A DNA stretch of 64,000 bases from an uncultured delta proteobacterium (GCA_963809875.1 CAWELC010000005.1:152836-216835); one strand, 5' to 3'; shown: positions 30,545 through 41,698, counted from the first letter of the stretch. Notes: generated by a model from the sequence alone, not told the origin. Numbers and translations: made by a program.

Positions 30545-33500
30545 CTAAGGTGTTTTCCGCAACGCTTTAACGAAAGGTTGAAGGCGATCCCTGTGCCGGG
30601 AGTATCCGAAGTTTCGCTTAACGAAATCCCGGGCGATTTTGACTCTTTCCCGATAGAAAGCATGGTCACGGTGGAGCTGCTTAACAATATCCCGGACTTG
30701 TGAGGGTCGGGCGTAGAGCGCCGCCTCTTTAAACAGAGGACGAAAATGTTCAGGCAATATAACCGGAACGCCGGCTGCCATCGCTTCCAGCGGGGCGCGG
30801 GCGAAGGCTTCGACAGAATCCTGATGATGGAAATATACGAATACGTCGATTTCGGACAGAAACTCCCTTGGATGCATTGAATCAAACGGATATACGTCCC
30901 AATTGGGCGGGACAAACCCCACTACTTTTTGTACCGCTTTCGCTCCTCCCAGGATTTTGACCTGAAACCTGTCATCATCCGGGTAGGCGTCAAGGAGATC
31001 TTTCGGATTACCGGGCCACTTGACGTATTGATCCCGGGAGTGCCTGCCGATGACCGGGCGATCGTGTCTGCATTTGGCAGAAGGGGATGACCATTCGTCC
31101 ACATTGATAATGTTTACCCAGTCCGTATCCGCAAGGTTTATGATTTCTTTAACATCTCGTTCCTTAAGCACCGCACTGCGAGCCTGCGGACCGACGGGGT
31201 GCCAGACCCCTTTCTGTCCAAAGTAGCGCACCAGATTCTCGCTGCACGTTTTAAAATCATACACGCGTTCCCCCGTATCGCCATAATCACGAAAGGGTGA
31301 TCCATTAATTATCACACGTACTTCCAGGGGCAAAACCGCTGGAATATAGTCCTGATAATCCTGCAATGTCGGAGGGCCTCTAACAATAAGCAAATCGCAG
31401 GTTACTTCCTCTCCGTAGACAATCATTTGTACCGAGCGGCCGTCGATTTTGCATCGAACTTTCTCGGTAATGGGACGAGAATATGAGGTACTGTACCGTG
31501 CAATTTGCACCAAGCCCGTGTTGAGTCCGAGAGCTCTTTGAGCCTTGATTTCCTCAGCATTAGAGCTCGTGGTTCCACCGGGAAGCCGAAAATCGGAGGC
31601 GATGATCACGTCAAAATGGCGTTTTTTGGGGTGTTTGGTTTTCTTGCCGGGCCGCATTGGTTCCGGGATGGGAAAGAGCCTGGATTTTTGCGGGAATCCG
31701 TAGAAGAGACTGTCTGCGTTATCATGATAGTGTCTGAAGCTTTCCCGGTATTCCTTGCGTGCGCCCATGTAGTAACCGGGAAAGCCAAACGCAGCGTTTC
31801 CGGTCAAAGAATCTTCGGACTGCCTCGAAAAAGAAAGCGGTCCTGTAGGTAAATGGACGATAGAATCCTGGCCAAACACCTTTAGTAGCCGCTGTAAGAA
31901 CTCGCCATCGCCGCCGAATCGAACACTATCCCAGTAACCGATAGCATCCATCACGGCATTACGCCGAAACATCAGTGAGGACATATTGGACTGGATATAA
32001 AAACCGGGGTTGCCCCGGCGATAGAATTTCAGATTGTCCCTGGCACGGGCCAACTCTGACGTATTGGCTACTACTTCCGGCGTTCTGATCAGATGGAGAG
32101 CCTGTTGCTCAATTTTTTCCGGATGGGACCAATCGTCGGCGCCGTGACAGGTTACGAGAACTCCCGTCGCCAGTTTAAGCGCGATATTCTGCGCCACGTA
32201 AGGACCCTGGTTGATCCTCGATCTAATCAAGTGAACCCTGGCATCTTTCTTAACGTATTTTTCAACTACGTCCACGGTTGCGTCGGTGCTGCAGTCATCA
32301 ACCACCAATACTTCCAGATTGGACCATGTTTGCGCAAGGATAGAATCGAGGGCGGTGCGTATCGTCTTCTCGGCATTATACGCGGGCACTATCACGGTTA
32401 CGGCGGGCGAGCCTCCTGTCGTGTGCGGCTCCTTCCCGGGTTCGTGGCCCGGACGCAGGCAGTCAAAAGGCGGCAGGTCCGAGGCAGCGTCGTGAGAGAT
32501 TTCCGGAATCCCGCATAGATTGAGCGCTTTATTAATACAGTCTATTTGTCCTGAAATCGAAGTCTCCAGGTTCGCGGCGGCAAGGTACAGATCCGCGCTG
32601 GGGCCGGAAGACAGGGCGTCATCGACCGTTCTTTTACCCGCTTCCCGATCCCCCAAGAGATCATAACACTCGCCCTCAAGCAGGGATATCCTCTGAGAAC
32701 GATCCTGAATTTCTTGATCCCGGGCGGCTATCGCAAGCAGTTCCAGGCAGCGCCTGGCATCTTCTTGAGTGTATTTATCGGCATGCCATAAAGCCAGCTC
32801 CCAGGCGGCAAGCCGTTTGAGAGAAGGGTTTTCGTTTTGGCTGGATAAATCCCGCAAGTCCGAAGAGGCTCGCTCCGAAAAGCCCCCGCTTAACATGCGA
32901 CGTCTGAGATATGCTATTAAATCCTGGTCTTTCTTACTTTCCTTTTCTTCCTTAATGAATAGATCTGATGGGCCGCTCGATTGTACCTGCAGGGGCGATT
33001 CGGTTCTCGCTCCTTGATCTCGGCCTGGGCCGAGGGACGACGGGGACTCGTGGCCCGGTGCTGTCGTAGCCGGAGATGAACCAGTGGTTCCTTTCCACCT
33101 GTCTTCATTGACTACTTTCGACCAATCCTCTTTTGCCAGGGTTATCGCCTTCAGGTCGTCACCATGGTGTTTGTGAAGCGCGTCCCGTAGTTCCGGATCG
33201 CAGGGATACCAGACGGCGGGCTTGCCGAAGTACTCCTGAAGATGTTTTGAGCACCGCTCAATGTCATAGACGACGCCTTCAGAGCCTGAATCGTTATCAG
33301 GTGTTTGACTGAAAACAACCGCCACTTCGGTCGCTTCCACATCAGGAATGTGTCGCTGCCGTTCCTGAAGGACACGGGGGTCTCTGACAATTAATGTGTC
33401 ACAGCGGATTGCCTCTCCATAAACGACCATTTGAACCTGATCGCCGTCTATTATTTCGCGGAGGCGCTTATCGTAGTTGATTCTCGGGTTAGTTTCATAC

Positions 33501-35311
33501 CGACATAACTGAATAAGACCGATGCTCAGGCCTTTTCCCTTTCGGGCATTGATTTCCTCAACGATAGGGACGGCATTGTCGGCAATGCGGAAATCCGATA
33601 CGAAGACTATGTTGAAGTGTCGTTTTGAAGAAGGACCGGTATCTCTGCTCGGACGCATGATTTCGGGCACCGGATAGAGCCGGCTCTTTAGCGGAAACTC
33701 GTGGTATAGGTTGGGCGCAACACCATGATGGTACAGGTAGCTTTCACGATATTCCTTTCTCGCGCCCATGTGATAGCCGGGATAACCGAATTTCCTGTTA
33801 CCGGTGAGGGAATCCTGAGAAGCCCTTCCAAATGATAGCGGGCCGGTCCTTATTTCTTCAACTACGCTGTTGCCGAAAACCGTTCTAATTCGTCTATAAT
33901 ACTCCGTATCTGCGCCGAACCTCACGCTATCCCAATAGCCCAATGACTTTACTACCGGTTCCCGACGAAACATAAGGGATGACATGTTCAGGTATATGTG
34001 AAGACCATTGCTGCGCCGCAAAAGCAGCTTCAGTTCATCAGTAGCCCTCACCCAGGTCGAAAGGTTGGCCAGAAGGCGCGTGTTACTAAGTAAATGTCGC
34101 ACATGTATTTCGATCTTCTCGGGATGGAACCAGTCGTCCGAATCATGGCACGTCACGAAATCGCCCGTCGCCTCTCTCAGCGCGATATTGCGCGCGATAT
34201 AGGTCCCCTGGTTGATTTTAGCTCTCATCAACGTAACCCGGTGGTCCTTGGCCTCGTATTCCCTGACAATAGCTGCGGTGTCGTCACTACTGCAATCGTC
34301 AACAACCAGTATCTCCAGGTTCGTCCAGGTCTGCGAAAGGGTGGAATCAAGGGCGGTGCGTATCGTCTTTTCGGCATTGTATACAGGCACTATCACCGTG
34401 ACCTTGGGAGAATCTCCCGCTCCATCCGGTTCTCTTATCGGTTTGCTATGTGGACGCAGGCAGTCAAACGGCGGTAGGTCGGCGTCAGAATCGAAAGAGA
34501 CTTCCGAAAGCCCGGCTAACTCAAACGCCTTATTAATGCAGCCGATTCGGCCCGGGATCGACGTCTCCATGTTCGCCGCGGCAAAGTAGAGATCCGCGCT
34601 GGGGCCCGAAGACCGGGCGTTATCGATTGTCCTTCTTCCTGCCTCCACATCCCCCAATATATCGTGACATCCGGCCTCAACCAGGGCCAGAGAAAGCAGG
34701 CGATGCTGGCTGTTATCACCTTGAGCAGCTATCGCCAGCATGTCCAAACACTGCCGGGCGTCCTCTTTGCTGTATCTGTTGGCGTGCCATAGGGCGAGCT
34801 CCCACGCCGATAGCTTTTGCATGAGAGGCCGTGACCCGTCCATTGCCATAGTGTTCAGGTCCGAATAGGCGCGCTCACGGAAACCAAGGTCAAGGAGCTT
34901 GATCCTTATTTTTTCTATTTCGCGCTCGCTTTTTTGCTGTCGGCTTCTTACACTTCTTTTCCCGGTTGGGGGGGCGCCTAAAGGACCGGCGGGCGGTCTT
35001 TGCCCGTTGCCGCGGCTTGCCCATCCGATCCAATGGATAAGGGGATTGGTGTCAGATTCGGCGATTTCAGGATCGTTGGAGAAATACCCGTCGGTTGAAA
35101 ACGTGGCGCTGGGATCCCTTCCTTCCTTCCACCCGTTTGTCACATAGTGCCAAATCGGGTCTATTCCCGCATTCGATACGTCGGGATATTGGCGCAAATA
35201 GTATTTCTCATCAAACAGGCCGGATTTCCGGATGATATATGCTTCTTTTTGCCAACGTATGTGCTCACCTGCCCTTTCGAAGAGTTCCTTAAGATCCCCG
35301 GCTCGCAGCAT
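30545..35311 (-). CDS. Giant (1588 aa) multidomain glycosyltransferase with an internally duplicated module (2x [TPR-like helical region + GT2 domain + extended C-terminal region]); terminal GT1/GT4-like C-terminal domain
   Basis: Two GT2 cores (VTVIVPVYNAEKTIRTALDS..DDCS.D / VTVIVPAYNAEKTIRTALDS..DDCSTD). The two halves are about 60-70% identical. The antisense ORFs at 32093..32518 and 34094..34477 are mutually similar. The C-terminus is GT1-like (EAMAAGVPVI). Confidence 0.7.
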   Translation of the reverse strand: MLRAGDLKELFERAGEHIRWQKEAYIIRKSGLFDEKYYLRQYPDVSNAGIDPIWHYVTNGWKEGRDPSATFSTDGYFSNDPEIAESDTNPLIHWIGWASRGNGQRPPAGPLGAPPTGKRSVRSRQQKSEREIEKIRIKLLDLGFRERAYSDLNTMAMDGSRPLMQKLSAWELALWHANRYSKEDARQCLDMLAIAAQGDNSQHRLLSLALVEAGCHDILGDVEAGRRTIDNARSSGPSADLYFAAANMETSIPGRIGCINKAFELAGLSEVSFDSDADLPPFDCLRPHSKPIREPDGAGDSPKVTVIVPVYNAEKTIRTALDSTLSQTWTNLEILVVDDCSSDDTAAIVREYEAKDHRVTLMRAKINQGTYIARNIALREATGDFVTCHDSDDWFHPEKIEIHVRHLLSNTRLLANLSTWVRATDELKLLLRRSNGLHIYLNMSSLMFRREPVVKSLGYWDSVRFGADTEYYRRIRTVFGNSVVEEIRTGPLSFGRASQDSLTGNRKFGYPGYHMGARKEYRESYLYHHGVAPNLYHEFPLKSRLYPVPEIMRPSRDTGPSSKRHFNIVFVSDFRIADNAVPIVEEINARKGKGLSIGLIQLCRYETNPRINYDKRLREIIDGDQVQMVVYGEAIRCDTLIVRDPRVLQERQRHIPDVEATEVAVVFSQTPDNDSGSEGVVYDIERCSKHLQEYFGKPAVWYPCDPELRDALHKHHGDDLKAITLAKEDWSKVVNEDRWKGTTGSSPATTAPGHESPSSLGPGRDQGARTESPLQVQSSGPSDLFIKEEKESKKDQDLIAYLRRRMLSGGFSERASSDLRDLSSQNENPSLKRLAAWELALWHADKYTQEDARRCLELLAIAARDQEIQDRSQRISLLEGECYDLLGDREAGKRTVDDALSSGPSADLYLAAANLETSISGQIDCINKALNLCGIPEISHDAASDLPPFDCLRPGHEPGKEPHTTGGSPAVTVIVPAYNAEKTIRTALDSILAQTWSNLEVLVVDDCSTDATVDVVEKYVKKDARVHLIRSRINQGPYVAQNIALKLATGVLVTCHGADDWSHPEKIEQQALHLIRTPEVVANTSELARARDNLKFYRRGNPGFYIQSNMSSLMFRRNAVMDAIGYWDSVRFGGDGEFLQRLLKVFGQDSIVHLPTGPLSFSRQSEDSLTGNAAFGFPGYYMGARKEYRESFRHYHDNADSLFYGFPQKSRLFPIPEPMRPGKKTKHPKKRHFDVIIASDFRLPGGTTSSNAEEIKAQRALGLNTGLVQIARYSTSYSRPITEKVRCKIDGRSVQMIVYGEEVTCDLLIVRGPPTLQDYQDYIPAVLPLEVRVIINGSPFRDYGDTGERVYDFKTCSENLVRYFGQKGVWHPVGPQARSAVLKERDVKEIINLADTDWVNIINVDEWSSPSAKCRHDRPVIGRHSRDQYVKWPGNPKDLLDAYPDDDRFQVKILGGAKAVQKVVGFVPPNWDVYPFDSMHPREFLSEIDVFVYFHHQDSVEAFARAPLEAMAAGVPVILPEHFRPLFKEAALYARPSQVRDIVKQLHRDHAFYRERVKIARDFVKRNFGYSRHRDRLQPFVKALRKTP

Positions 35312-35558
35312 TTCGAGCAGGCGAGACTTTAACTCGGCCTATCTCTCCCTTCCCGTAGAGATTGGCTAACCCTTTGACGTGATGGCCCGGCGGTGAAGTA
35401 TCTTGATAGCTTCCCCCGAAGTTCGACGGATTTCTTTTACCGGGTGATTTCCTCACTTTCCCTGTCTTCTTCCCCGGGTCGCTCCCGACTCCCCGGTTCT
35501 TCTTCGGCCTGGATATCCCCAGAAGCGGCCTGATCTTTGTTTCCCAAAGACGGTGCAT

Positions 35559-37578
35559 CTATCGTTCTCCGGACGGACCGTTGGCCTTAAAAAGACTCAT
35601 AAAATAGCCATACGTTTGCCTACCCTCGCGCTTGTGACAGAACGCCTTGGCCGTTTCTATTCCATTCGTTCGTATCCTGTTTCGAAGCGTACTATTCCTG
35701 ATGAGTCTTATGATCGCTTCCGCGGCCACATCAGGATTTTTCGGCGGGACCATGATGGAGTTTTCCATGTGTCTGGCATATTCGTTGACTCCGCCTACGT
35801 CTGTAACGACGCATGCCGCTCCACACGCCATCGCCTCCAGAGCCGGTCTTCCGAACCCCTGGAAGTCCGATCCGTCAAAAAAAACGTCGGCCTGAGAGTA
35901 CAACATCGCCAGTCTATCCTGGTTACTCACCACTCCCGCGTTTACGAACTCGAAAGGGATCTCGCTTTTCGGAAGATTCTCATCACCGAAGAAAATGATC
36001 TGAGCCTGCGGGATTGCCGTTTTTACCCGCCTGAATGTCTCTATCACGTTATTGTATCCCCTTTTGGGCGTTCGGGGACGCGCCATCGCCATGACGGCGG
36101 GGCAGTCCTTCTTTTCGCTTTCCCTCGGGTAAAAAAAACCGAGATCCATGCCCAGGCGGATCTTGTTAGTATTATAGTCGTGGCACGCTAACATCGCTTT
36201 GAGCCAGTCGGATTTTACGATCTTATTGGGAATAAGCGCGTATGAGTTGATAACCGCCTTTCTCTTCTCGATTTCCTCCTCGGGATAGAACCAGCTCTCA
36301 TAATCCTGGATAAAATATACCGGTATCATCGATGGGTTTTTCTTGAGAAGCTCCGGTACCCAATAGGCGGTATTCCAAAGGGTCGCCACCACGATATCGG
36401 TGGGAGGAAATTCCTCGAGTAATTCCTTCTCACTAGTATAGACAATCGGCTCAAACAGCATTTTCCAGTCATCCAGCTCCGGATACTTAAAGAGCGTGGC
36501 AATTCGCGCTTCGACCCCGTGAAGGATCAGCTCGTTTACCAGCTGAACGACGGAAAGCACCCCCCCGGCAAGGATCATACGGTGCAGTAAATAGGTGACC
36601 CTGAGACGATCGGGTCTTGTTACTCTACTCAAGAACTCTTTCCTGATCGCGGGTTGACGATAACTGGATAATGACCGTATTCCTCTATAGAGCTCCCTGG
36701 CGGATGTGCCCCATTCTCTCTTTCTCAGCTCCCTCCTGACCTTTCTCCCGACGATCCTCACAGCGTAATCTAAATTGAACCGGGACGGGTACCCTGCCTC
36801 GGTCCGTATATAACGTAAAGGATCATTCTTCAGGAAGAGCTTATACTGTTTTCGGTACTCTTTTTTCCACCTCCCATTGAATATCGCTATATTTCTTTTA
36901 AATCGCTCATCCCTTGAAAAGAATGACGCTCTGCCCTTGTGGTAAACGAACGTATCATCGCATACGACCGTTCGGTATCCATCGGTCGTCAGGCGCATAC
37001 AGAGATCAGACTCCTCGCAATACCCCCTGTCGTAGATTTCATCGAAATAGCCGATCTTCTCTAATATAGCGCGCCGCAGGAGCATGCAGAACCCCACTCC
37101 GGTGACGATATCGGGGTATTGAGCCCTGGATCGAGAGGAGGCAAGCTCATTCATACCGAAGATATTCGCGCCGGGTGCGATTGCGAGATCAATATTGGCG
37201 GCGAAGTTCGTCAGGGGGTTCACCGACGCGATCCTTGGGTCCGATGACGCGCATCGAATCATCTTGCTTAGCCATCCGGGGGTGACAATCGTGTCGCTGT
37301 TCAGAACAACGATATATTCCGATCCCCCGATCTTCATCCCCTTATTGCTGCTGCGCAGGAAGCCGATCCTCCGTTCTATTGGAATAGAGTGATACATGTC
37401 GATGTTTTTCCGAAAAGGCCCGGAGGTACTCCCGAACGTGCCCATCGCTATTATCATCTATGATTATCAAGCTATAGGGCACATCTCTCGTGTAGTTAAT
37501 GATCGAGTCGAGGCAATCCTTAGTGTAGGCCATTGCATTGAAGACAGGCAGCACAATATTGCAGATAGGCTTGATCAT
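35559..37578 (-). CDS. Bifunctional GT2 (N-terminal) + GT1/GT4-like (C-terminal) glycosyltransferase, apparent frameshift near 37400
   Basis: The GT2 N-terminus ICNIVLPVFN..IIIDDNSDG is in ORF 37342..37578. The remainder (VVLNSDTIV..; C-terminal EAMACGAACVVTDVGG) is in ORF 35559..37457 in another frame. Confidence 0.6.
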
Positions 37579-37777
37579 GAGTAACCTTTGTGAGAACAGA
37601 ACTAATGCCCTTGCCCTAAATTACGACATTTATACGCAATAGCACTATAGGATGAGAGATATTACGGAATGACCGCTGCCACATGAGTAGCCAATGATAG
37701 GATAAAGCACCCTTCTAAGCTCAATATCTATGCTTCTAAACCGTTCCAGGGACTTTCCCTTACTATGCCGCACTTCA

Positions 37778-39442
37778 TCATTTCATCGATTTGCGTTCCC
37801 TTCTTTTTTGCACATCGATAATCTTTGCTTCAACCTTATAGTTCTCTCCCGGTCCCGGTGCTGCAATTACTTCGTCGATACCATCAGCGTCCAAATCACC
37901 GGAGGCGACGTTGAGCCCGTATTTCAGTTCAAATGGGAATGCTTTGAAGATCGATTCCCACCTGCTGTTGAATATACGCAAATGATCGCCCGAGTACTTC
38001 GATGGCCCCGGGCCGGTAATGATTTCGTCCAAACCATCGCCGTCTATATCTCCCGATGCGAGATTAATCCCATAAATTGCCCCGGGAATGTAGGCCAGGA
38101 CCCAGGGATTTTGGATGAACGAGTTAGTACTATTGTCAAAATCCAGATACGCAACGTACGCCCTGTAGACCCGTATATGGGCAAGGCCGAGGAGTATCTC
38201 ATCCCGGCCGTCGCCGTCGATATCACCGCTCCCCACCTGGAGGCCGTGTCTGATCTTCTTGAAATAATCGTCTTGGTCAACGAAATCGATAATCTCAAAC
38301 TCACGCACTATCCGGCCGTTTCCGTTGAACACCCTGATCACCGGTTTATAGCCCTGACCCGGCCCCGGCGCGGTTATGATCTCGTCCAATCCATCGCCGT
38401 CGATATCTCCCGCGGCGACATTGGCTCCGAACTTCTTGCACGGAAAAGCCGTAAAATGTGCGATCTCATGTCCCTTACCATCGAGGACTTTGATCAGCGT
38501 ATCGTTTGTGTAATGCGGGCCCTTGGCTGCAATAATCTCATCAATCCCGTCACCGTTGATGTCTCCGGCGGCAATGAGTACGCCATAGCGGACCTTCTTT
38601 TCGAAAGCCCGAAAGGTATTAAGGACGACGCCTTTCTCATCACGTACCAAAATCTCTGTATCATTGTCTGGATGGGGGCCTTTGCCGATCAATAGTTCGT
38701 CTTTTCCATCTCCGTTAACATCGCCGGCGGCAACCGTCGCGCCTCTTCCATAGCTATTGTACAGCTCGCCTCCGGGAAGCCCGATCTGGAAATTACTGAT
38801 CAGTCCGGGGATTAGAAAAACGAAGAACGCCGTAGCCACGGTGGCATGCGTCAGACCTAACGTGAATATATTCCTGTTTCTCAGAAACAAGATGCAGAAG
38901 AGCAAGCCGCCTAGAAGCGTTAACAGCATGAGCTTCCAATCGGGGGCGTGCATAAGCGAAAAAAGAACAGCAGCAATCGGGACCGCAATGATGTTCGATC
39001 GAGAAATCTCCTTGATTCTCAAAAGGAGAAAGCTATTGAGAAAGAACTGCTGGAAGATACCCCCACCTATATACGTTGAAAAATTGGCGAGAATCGACAT
39101 GAATGTGCGAGGCATGAATATCGGATCGAAGAAAAGAAATATGGAGATAATAATTGCGATTGAAAGGAGAGTGGCGATGCCGCATTCTTTTAATGATCTT
39201 GGGATATTGTCAAACCGGATCCCTATTTCCGGGAGGGTATCGGCGTGAACAAGAAAACTGAGCGAGAAAACGAGAATACAAACGCTGCCCGAGAAAATCG
39301 AATAATATAATCCAAATACACAAAGTCGAAAAGGCCACACTATTGAAAAATAGGCGCCGAGCACGATCAGGAGTTCCACAAGGGAGTACAACCTCGGTTT
39401 ACTGGAATAGAATTGCCTTGCGTAAGACAAAGCTTCGTGCAC
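37778..39442 (-). CDS. Fusion protein: N-terminal CPBP (CAAX-protease/Abi-like) intramembrane domain + C-terminal FG-GAP/integrin-alpha-type beta-propeller repeats
   Basis: The N-terminal 230 aa are polytopic with FSLMH and ..H...N motifs of CPBP proteases. The C-terminus has at least 6 repeats of the calcium-binding GD(I/V/L)(N/D)GDG.DE(I/L) pattern. Confidence 0.55.
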   Translation of the reverse strand: MHEALSYARQFYSSKPRLYSLVELLIVLGAYFSIVWPFRLCVFGLYYSIFSGSVCILVFSLSFLVHADTLPEIGIRFDNIPRSLKECGIATLLSIAIIISIFLFFDPIFMPRTFMSILANFSTYIGGGIFQQFFLNSFLLLRIKEISRSNIIAVPIAAVLFSLMHAPDWKLMLLTLLGGLLFCILFLRNRNIFTLGLTHATVATAFFVFLIPGLISNFQIGLPGGELYNSYGRGATVAAGDVNGDGKDELLIGKGPHPDNDTEILVRDEKGVVLNTFRAFEKKVRYGVLIAAGDINGDGIDEIIAAKGPHYTNDTLIKVLDGKGHEIAHFTAFPCKKFGANVAAGDIDGDGLDEIITAPGPGQGYKPVIRVFNGNGRIVREFEIIDFVDQDDYFKKIRHGLQVGSGDIDGDGRDEILLGLAHIRVYRAYVAYLDFDNSTNSFIQNPWVLAYIPGAIYGINLASGDIDGDGLDEIITGPGPSKYSGDHLRIFNSRWESIFKAFPFELKYGLNVASGDLDADGIDEVIAAPGPGENYKVEAKIIDVQKRRERKSMK

Positions 39443-40320
39443 TAGTGAGAAATCCTTTTTACAGTATTACGCAGTTGAAGTGTCAATACTTCTATAGATG
39501 TCATGAAGAAACGCAATAGAATCCCGCAGGCGACAAGAATATGAGTGAATGGATTCCTCCGAAGATACTTTCTATAGTACAACCACATGCCCCGGTGTCT
39601 TTCATAATTGATTTTTATTGTCGGTACGGTCCTGCTTATGCCGATTTCATGTGAGACTGATACTTCGGGATGATATACTACTCGATATCCGGCTCTTGCC
39701 AATCGATTGCAGAAATCCACGTCTTCATGGAAAAGAAAGTAATCTTCGCAAAAACCCCCAATTGCGTCAAAGACATCCTTTCTTACTATCATGGCGCATC
39801 CCGAGACCCAATCTACCTGCTGTGATTTATCGTCGCTCATTATAGGATTAAGATATTCTCTGGAAAACCTGTTGCTCGGAACCAGCCTGGTGAGAATAGA
39901 GCCTCGATTGAATAGAGCAGTTCTTAAGGTTGGAAAATTTCGAGCAGAAAGCTGTCTTGTTCCATCGCTCGGATTCAGGATCTTAGGACCCAGAACGCCG
40001 ACATGATCCGTCGAGAGATAGCCAGGAATATTTCTAAGGTCATGCGTTAGTATATACGAATCCGGATTCAGCAAGAAGATTATGTCTTTGCTCGCATGTT
40101 TTATTCCGAAATTAGCACCGGAGCCATAACCCATATTCTTTTCTAATTCTATGAGTCTGACGTTGTTAAACCTGCTCCTTATTAATTGTTTTGTCATGTC
40201 CCGGGAATTATTGTCCACGACGATAATCTCATACGGGATTCCTTTGATCGACGAAATATGTTCAAGGCACGCCGTGATGGTTCTCTCGCTGTTGTGAGTT
40301 ATTATTACAAAGCTTATCAT
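39442..40320 (-). CDS. GT2 family glycosyltransferase
   Basis: 292 aa. SFVIITHN, IVVDNNSRD, a DxD-like motif and a C-terminal hydrophobic tail. Confidence 0.75.
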   Translation of the reverse strand: MISFVIITHNSERTITACLEHISSIKGIPYEIIVVDNNSRDMTKQLIRSRFNNVRLIELEKNMGYGSGANFGIKHASKDIIFLLNPDSYILTHDLRNIPGYLSTDHVGVLGPKILNPSDGTRQLSARNFPTLRTALFNRGSILTRLVPSNRFSREYLNPIMSDDKSQQVDWVSGCAMIVRKDVFDAIGGFCEDYFLFHEDVDFCNRLARAGYRVVYHPEVSVSHEIGISRTVPTIKINYERHRGMWLYYRKYLRRNPFTHILVACGILLRFFMTSIEVLTLQLRNTVKRISH

Positions 40321-41312
40321 CGCGCACCACCATTTGGAAAAAGTTTTGCCCTTATTTTTCCAAGAAACCAGCCGTCTGCTATTAAAGATCTAACATATCG
40401 ATTTGTGACCTTCCTTTTTTCCTGGATAACACGTCTCTTCTTTACGGTACCAATAAAGCGGATTATAAACGAAAACTTCGCACTGAAAAAGGAAATCAAT
40501 TCCCCTTGCATCGTGAAATATAGGAATGCTGATATGTTGTAAATAACATGCATCGGCAAGTGAGAAACCAAGAGGCTCAGCGGCATGTTCTTGAAAAAAA
40601 CATATTCCAGATTCCTTTGTCCGTAGTAACTGAAAACCCGGTTAATGTCCTTAATTGTTCCACTCGTCTTGTGGTATGCGATTGCTTTCGGACAATAAAT
40701 GCATTTATAACCCGCCAGCTGAGCACGAAAGCTTAGATCCACGTCCTCACACATAATGAAGAAATCTTCATCAAACAGCCCGATTTCTTGCAGCATCTCC
40801 CGACGATATACCACGGCCGCGGCGCACGCGCCGAAGACGTATTCGAAGTCGTTGTAGGAGTCTATCCTTTGCCCAAGTCCGCGTTTTGCGTTGACCCCCC
40901 CTCTCGTATAGAGATCTCCGGCTGTATCAATGGCATCCCTTCGATAGAAATTGACTATTTTGGAAGCGCAGAAACCGGCGTCCGGATAGAGCTTGAGACA
41001 TTCAAGAGACTCTTTCAGCCAGTCCTCATGTGCGACCGCGTCGTTGTTGAGGAGTGCTACAAAGTCTCCCGCACCCGATCTGATTCCAATATTGTTGGCA
41101 CCGGTAAAACCACGGTTTTCCTTCAAAGGTATTATTTCTGTGTCCCCGTACCTACTGGAAACATACTCTACAGACCCGTCATCAGACCCATTGTCTACAA
41201 GAACAATTCTTTTGTCCCGGTGGCTTTGACCGTATACTGAATCCAGGCAATCAGACAAGAAATGCTTTCCATTCCAATTTACGATTACCACGTCTACTTG
41301 ACTGTCTTTCAT
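40317..41312 (-). CDS. GT2 family glycosyltransferase (rhamnosyltransferase-like)
   Basis: 331 aa. VVIVNWNG and VLVDNGSDDGS motifs. It is the first gene of the minus-strand glycan cluster and overlaps the next gene by 4 nt. Confidence 0.75.
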   Translation of the reverse strand: MKDSQVDVVIVNWNGKHFLSDCLDSVYGQSHRDKRIVLVDNGSDDGSVEYVSSRYGDTEIIPLKENRGFTGANNIGIRSGAGDFVALLNNDAVAHEDWLKESLECLKLYPDAGFCASKIVNFYRRDAIDTAGDLYTRGGVNAKRGLGQRIDSYNDFEYVFGACAAAVVYRREMLQEIGLFDEDFFIMCEDVDLSFRAQLAGYKCIYCPKAIAYHKTSGTIKDINRVFSYYGQRNLEYVFFKNMPLSLLVSHLPMHVIYNISAFLYFTMQGELISFFSAKFSFIIRFIGTVKKRRVIQEKRKVTNRYVRSLIADGWFLGKIRAKLFPNGGAR

Positions 41313-41405
41313 ATCTGGAAGATCGTGTGTGTGGGTAGATTACTCATACAGTAGTCAACGTACATAGAAAATCTTGTTATTATTACCACATTTCCAGAAA
41401 AAGTA

Positions 41406-41429
41406 AAGGGGGATTAATTATGCCCCCTT
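41406..41429. other. Hairpin AAGGGGG-(10 nt)-CCCCCTT in the AT-rich leader upstream of the glycan cluster
   Basis: A perfect 7-bp stem is seen directly in the sequence. It lies about 95 nt upstream of the first GT2 start codon. Function unknown. Confidence 0.3.
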
Positions 41430-41698
41430 AGTAAGAACTATTTGGTATTACTAAATAGTCTCCTGCGAATAGCTTACCCCTCCTTTTTTTGGATATTTGT
41501 CGCTCCGAGAGCTCATCCCCTAACGCACGTTCTTTGAATACGAAAGCAGGACGGAATTGGAGGGGGGTTGCCACAACTCCGATGTGGAAGACTCTTCGAT
41601 GTGAACCCAAGTCTTCTCCTCTGTCTGCCATAGAGTAATTGACTTCCGGTCGGCGTTATGGTACGATAACACTTGTCTAGGGAGTGAACGGTTATTAC

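Noticed and set aside
32093-34477. Paired plus-strand ORFs (32093..32518, 34094..34477) inside the giant GT gene, as possible nested genes
   Set aside because: They are antisense to the GT2 cores. They are similar to each other only because the sense strand is duplicated, so they are useful as evidence of the duplication but not as genes.
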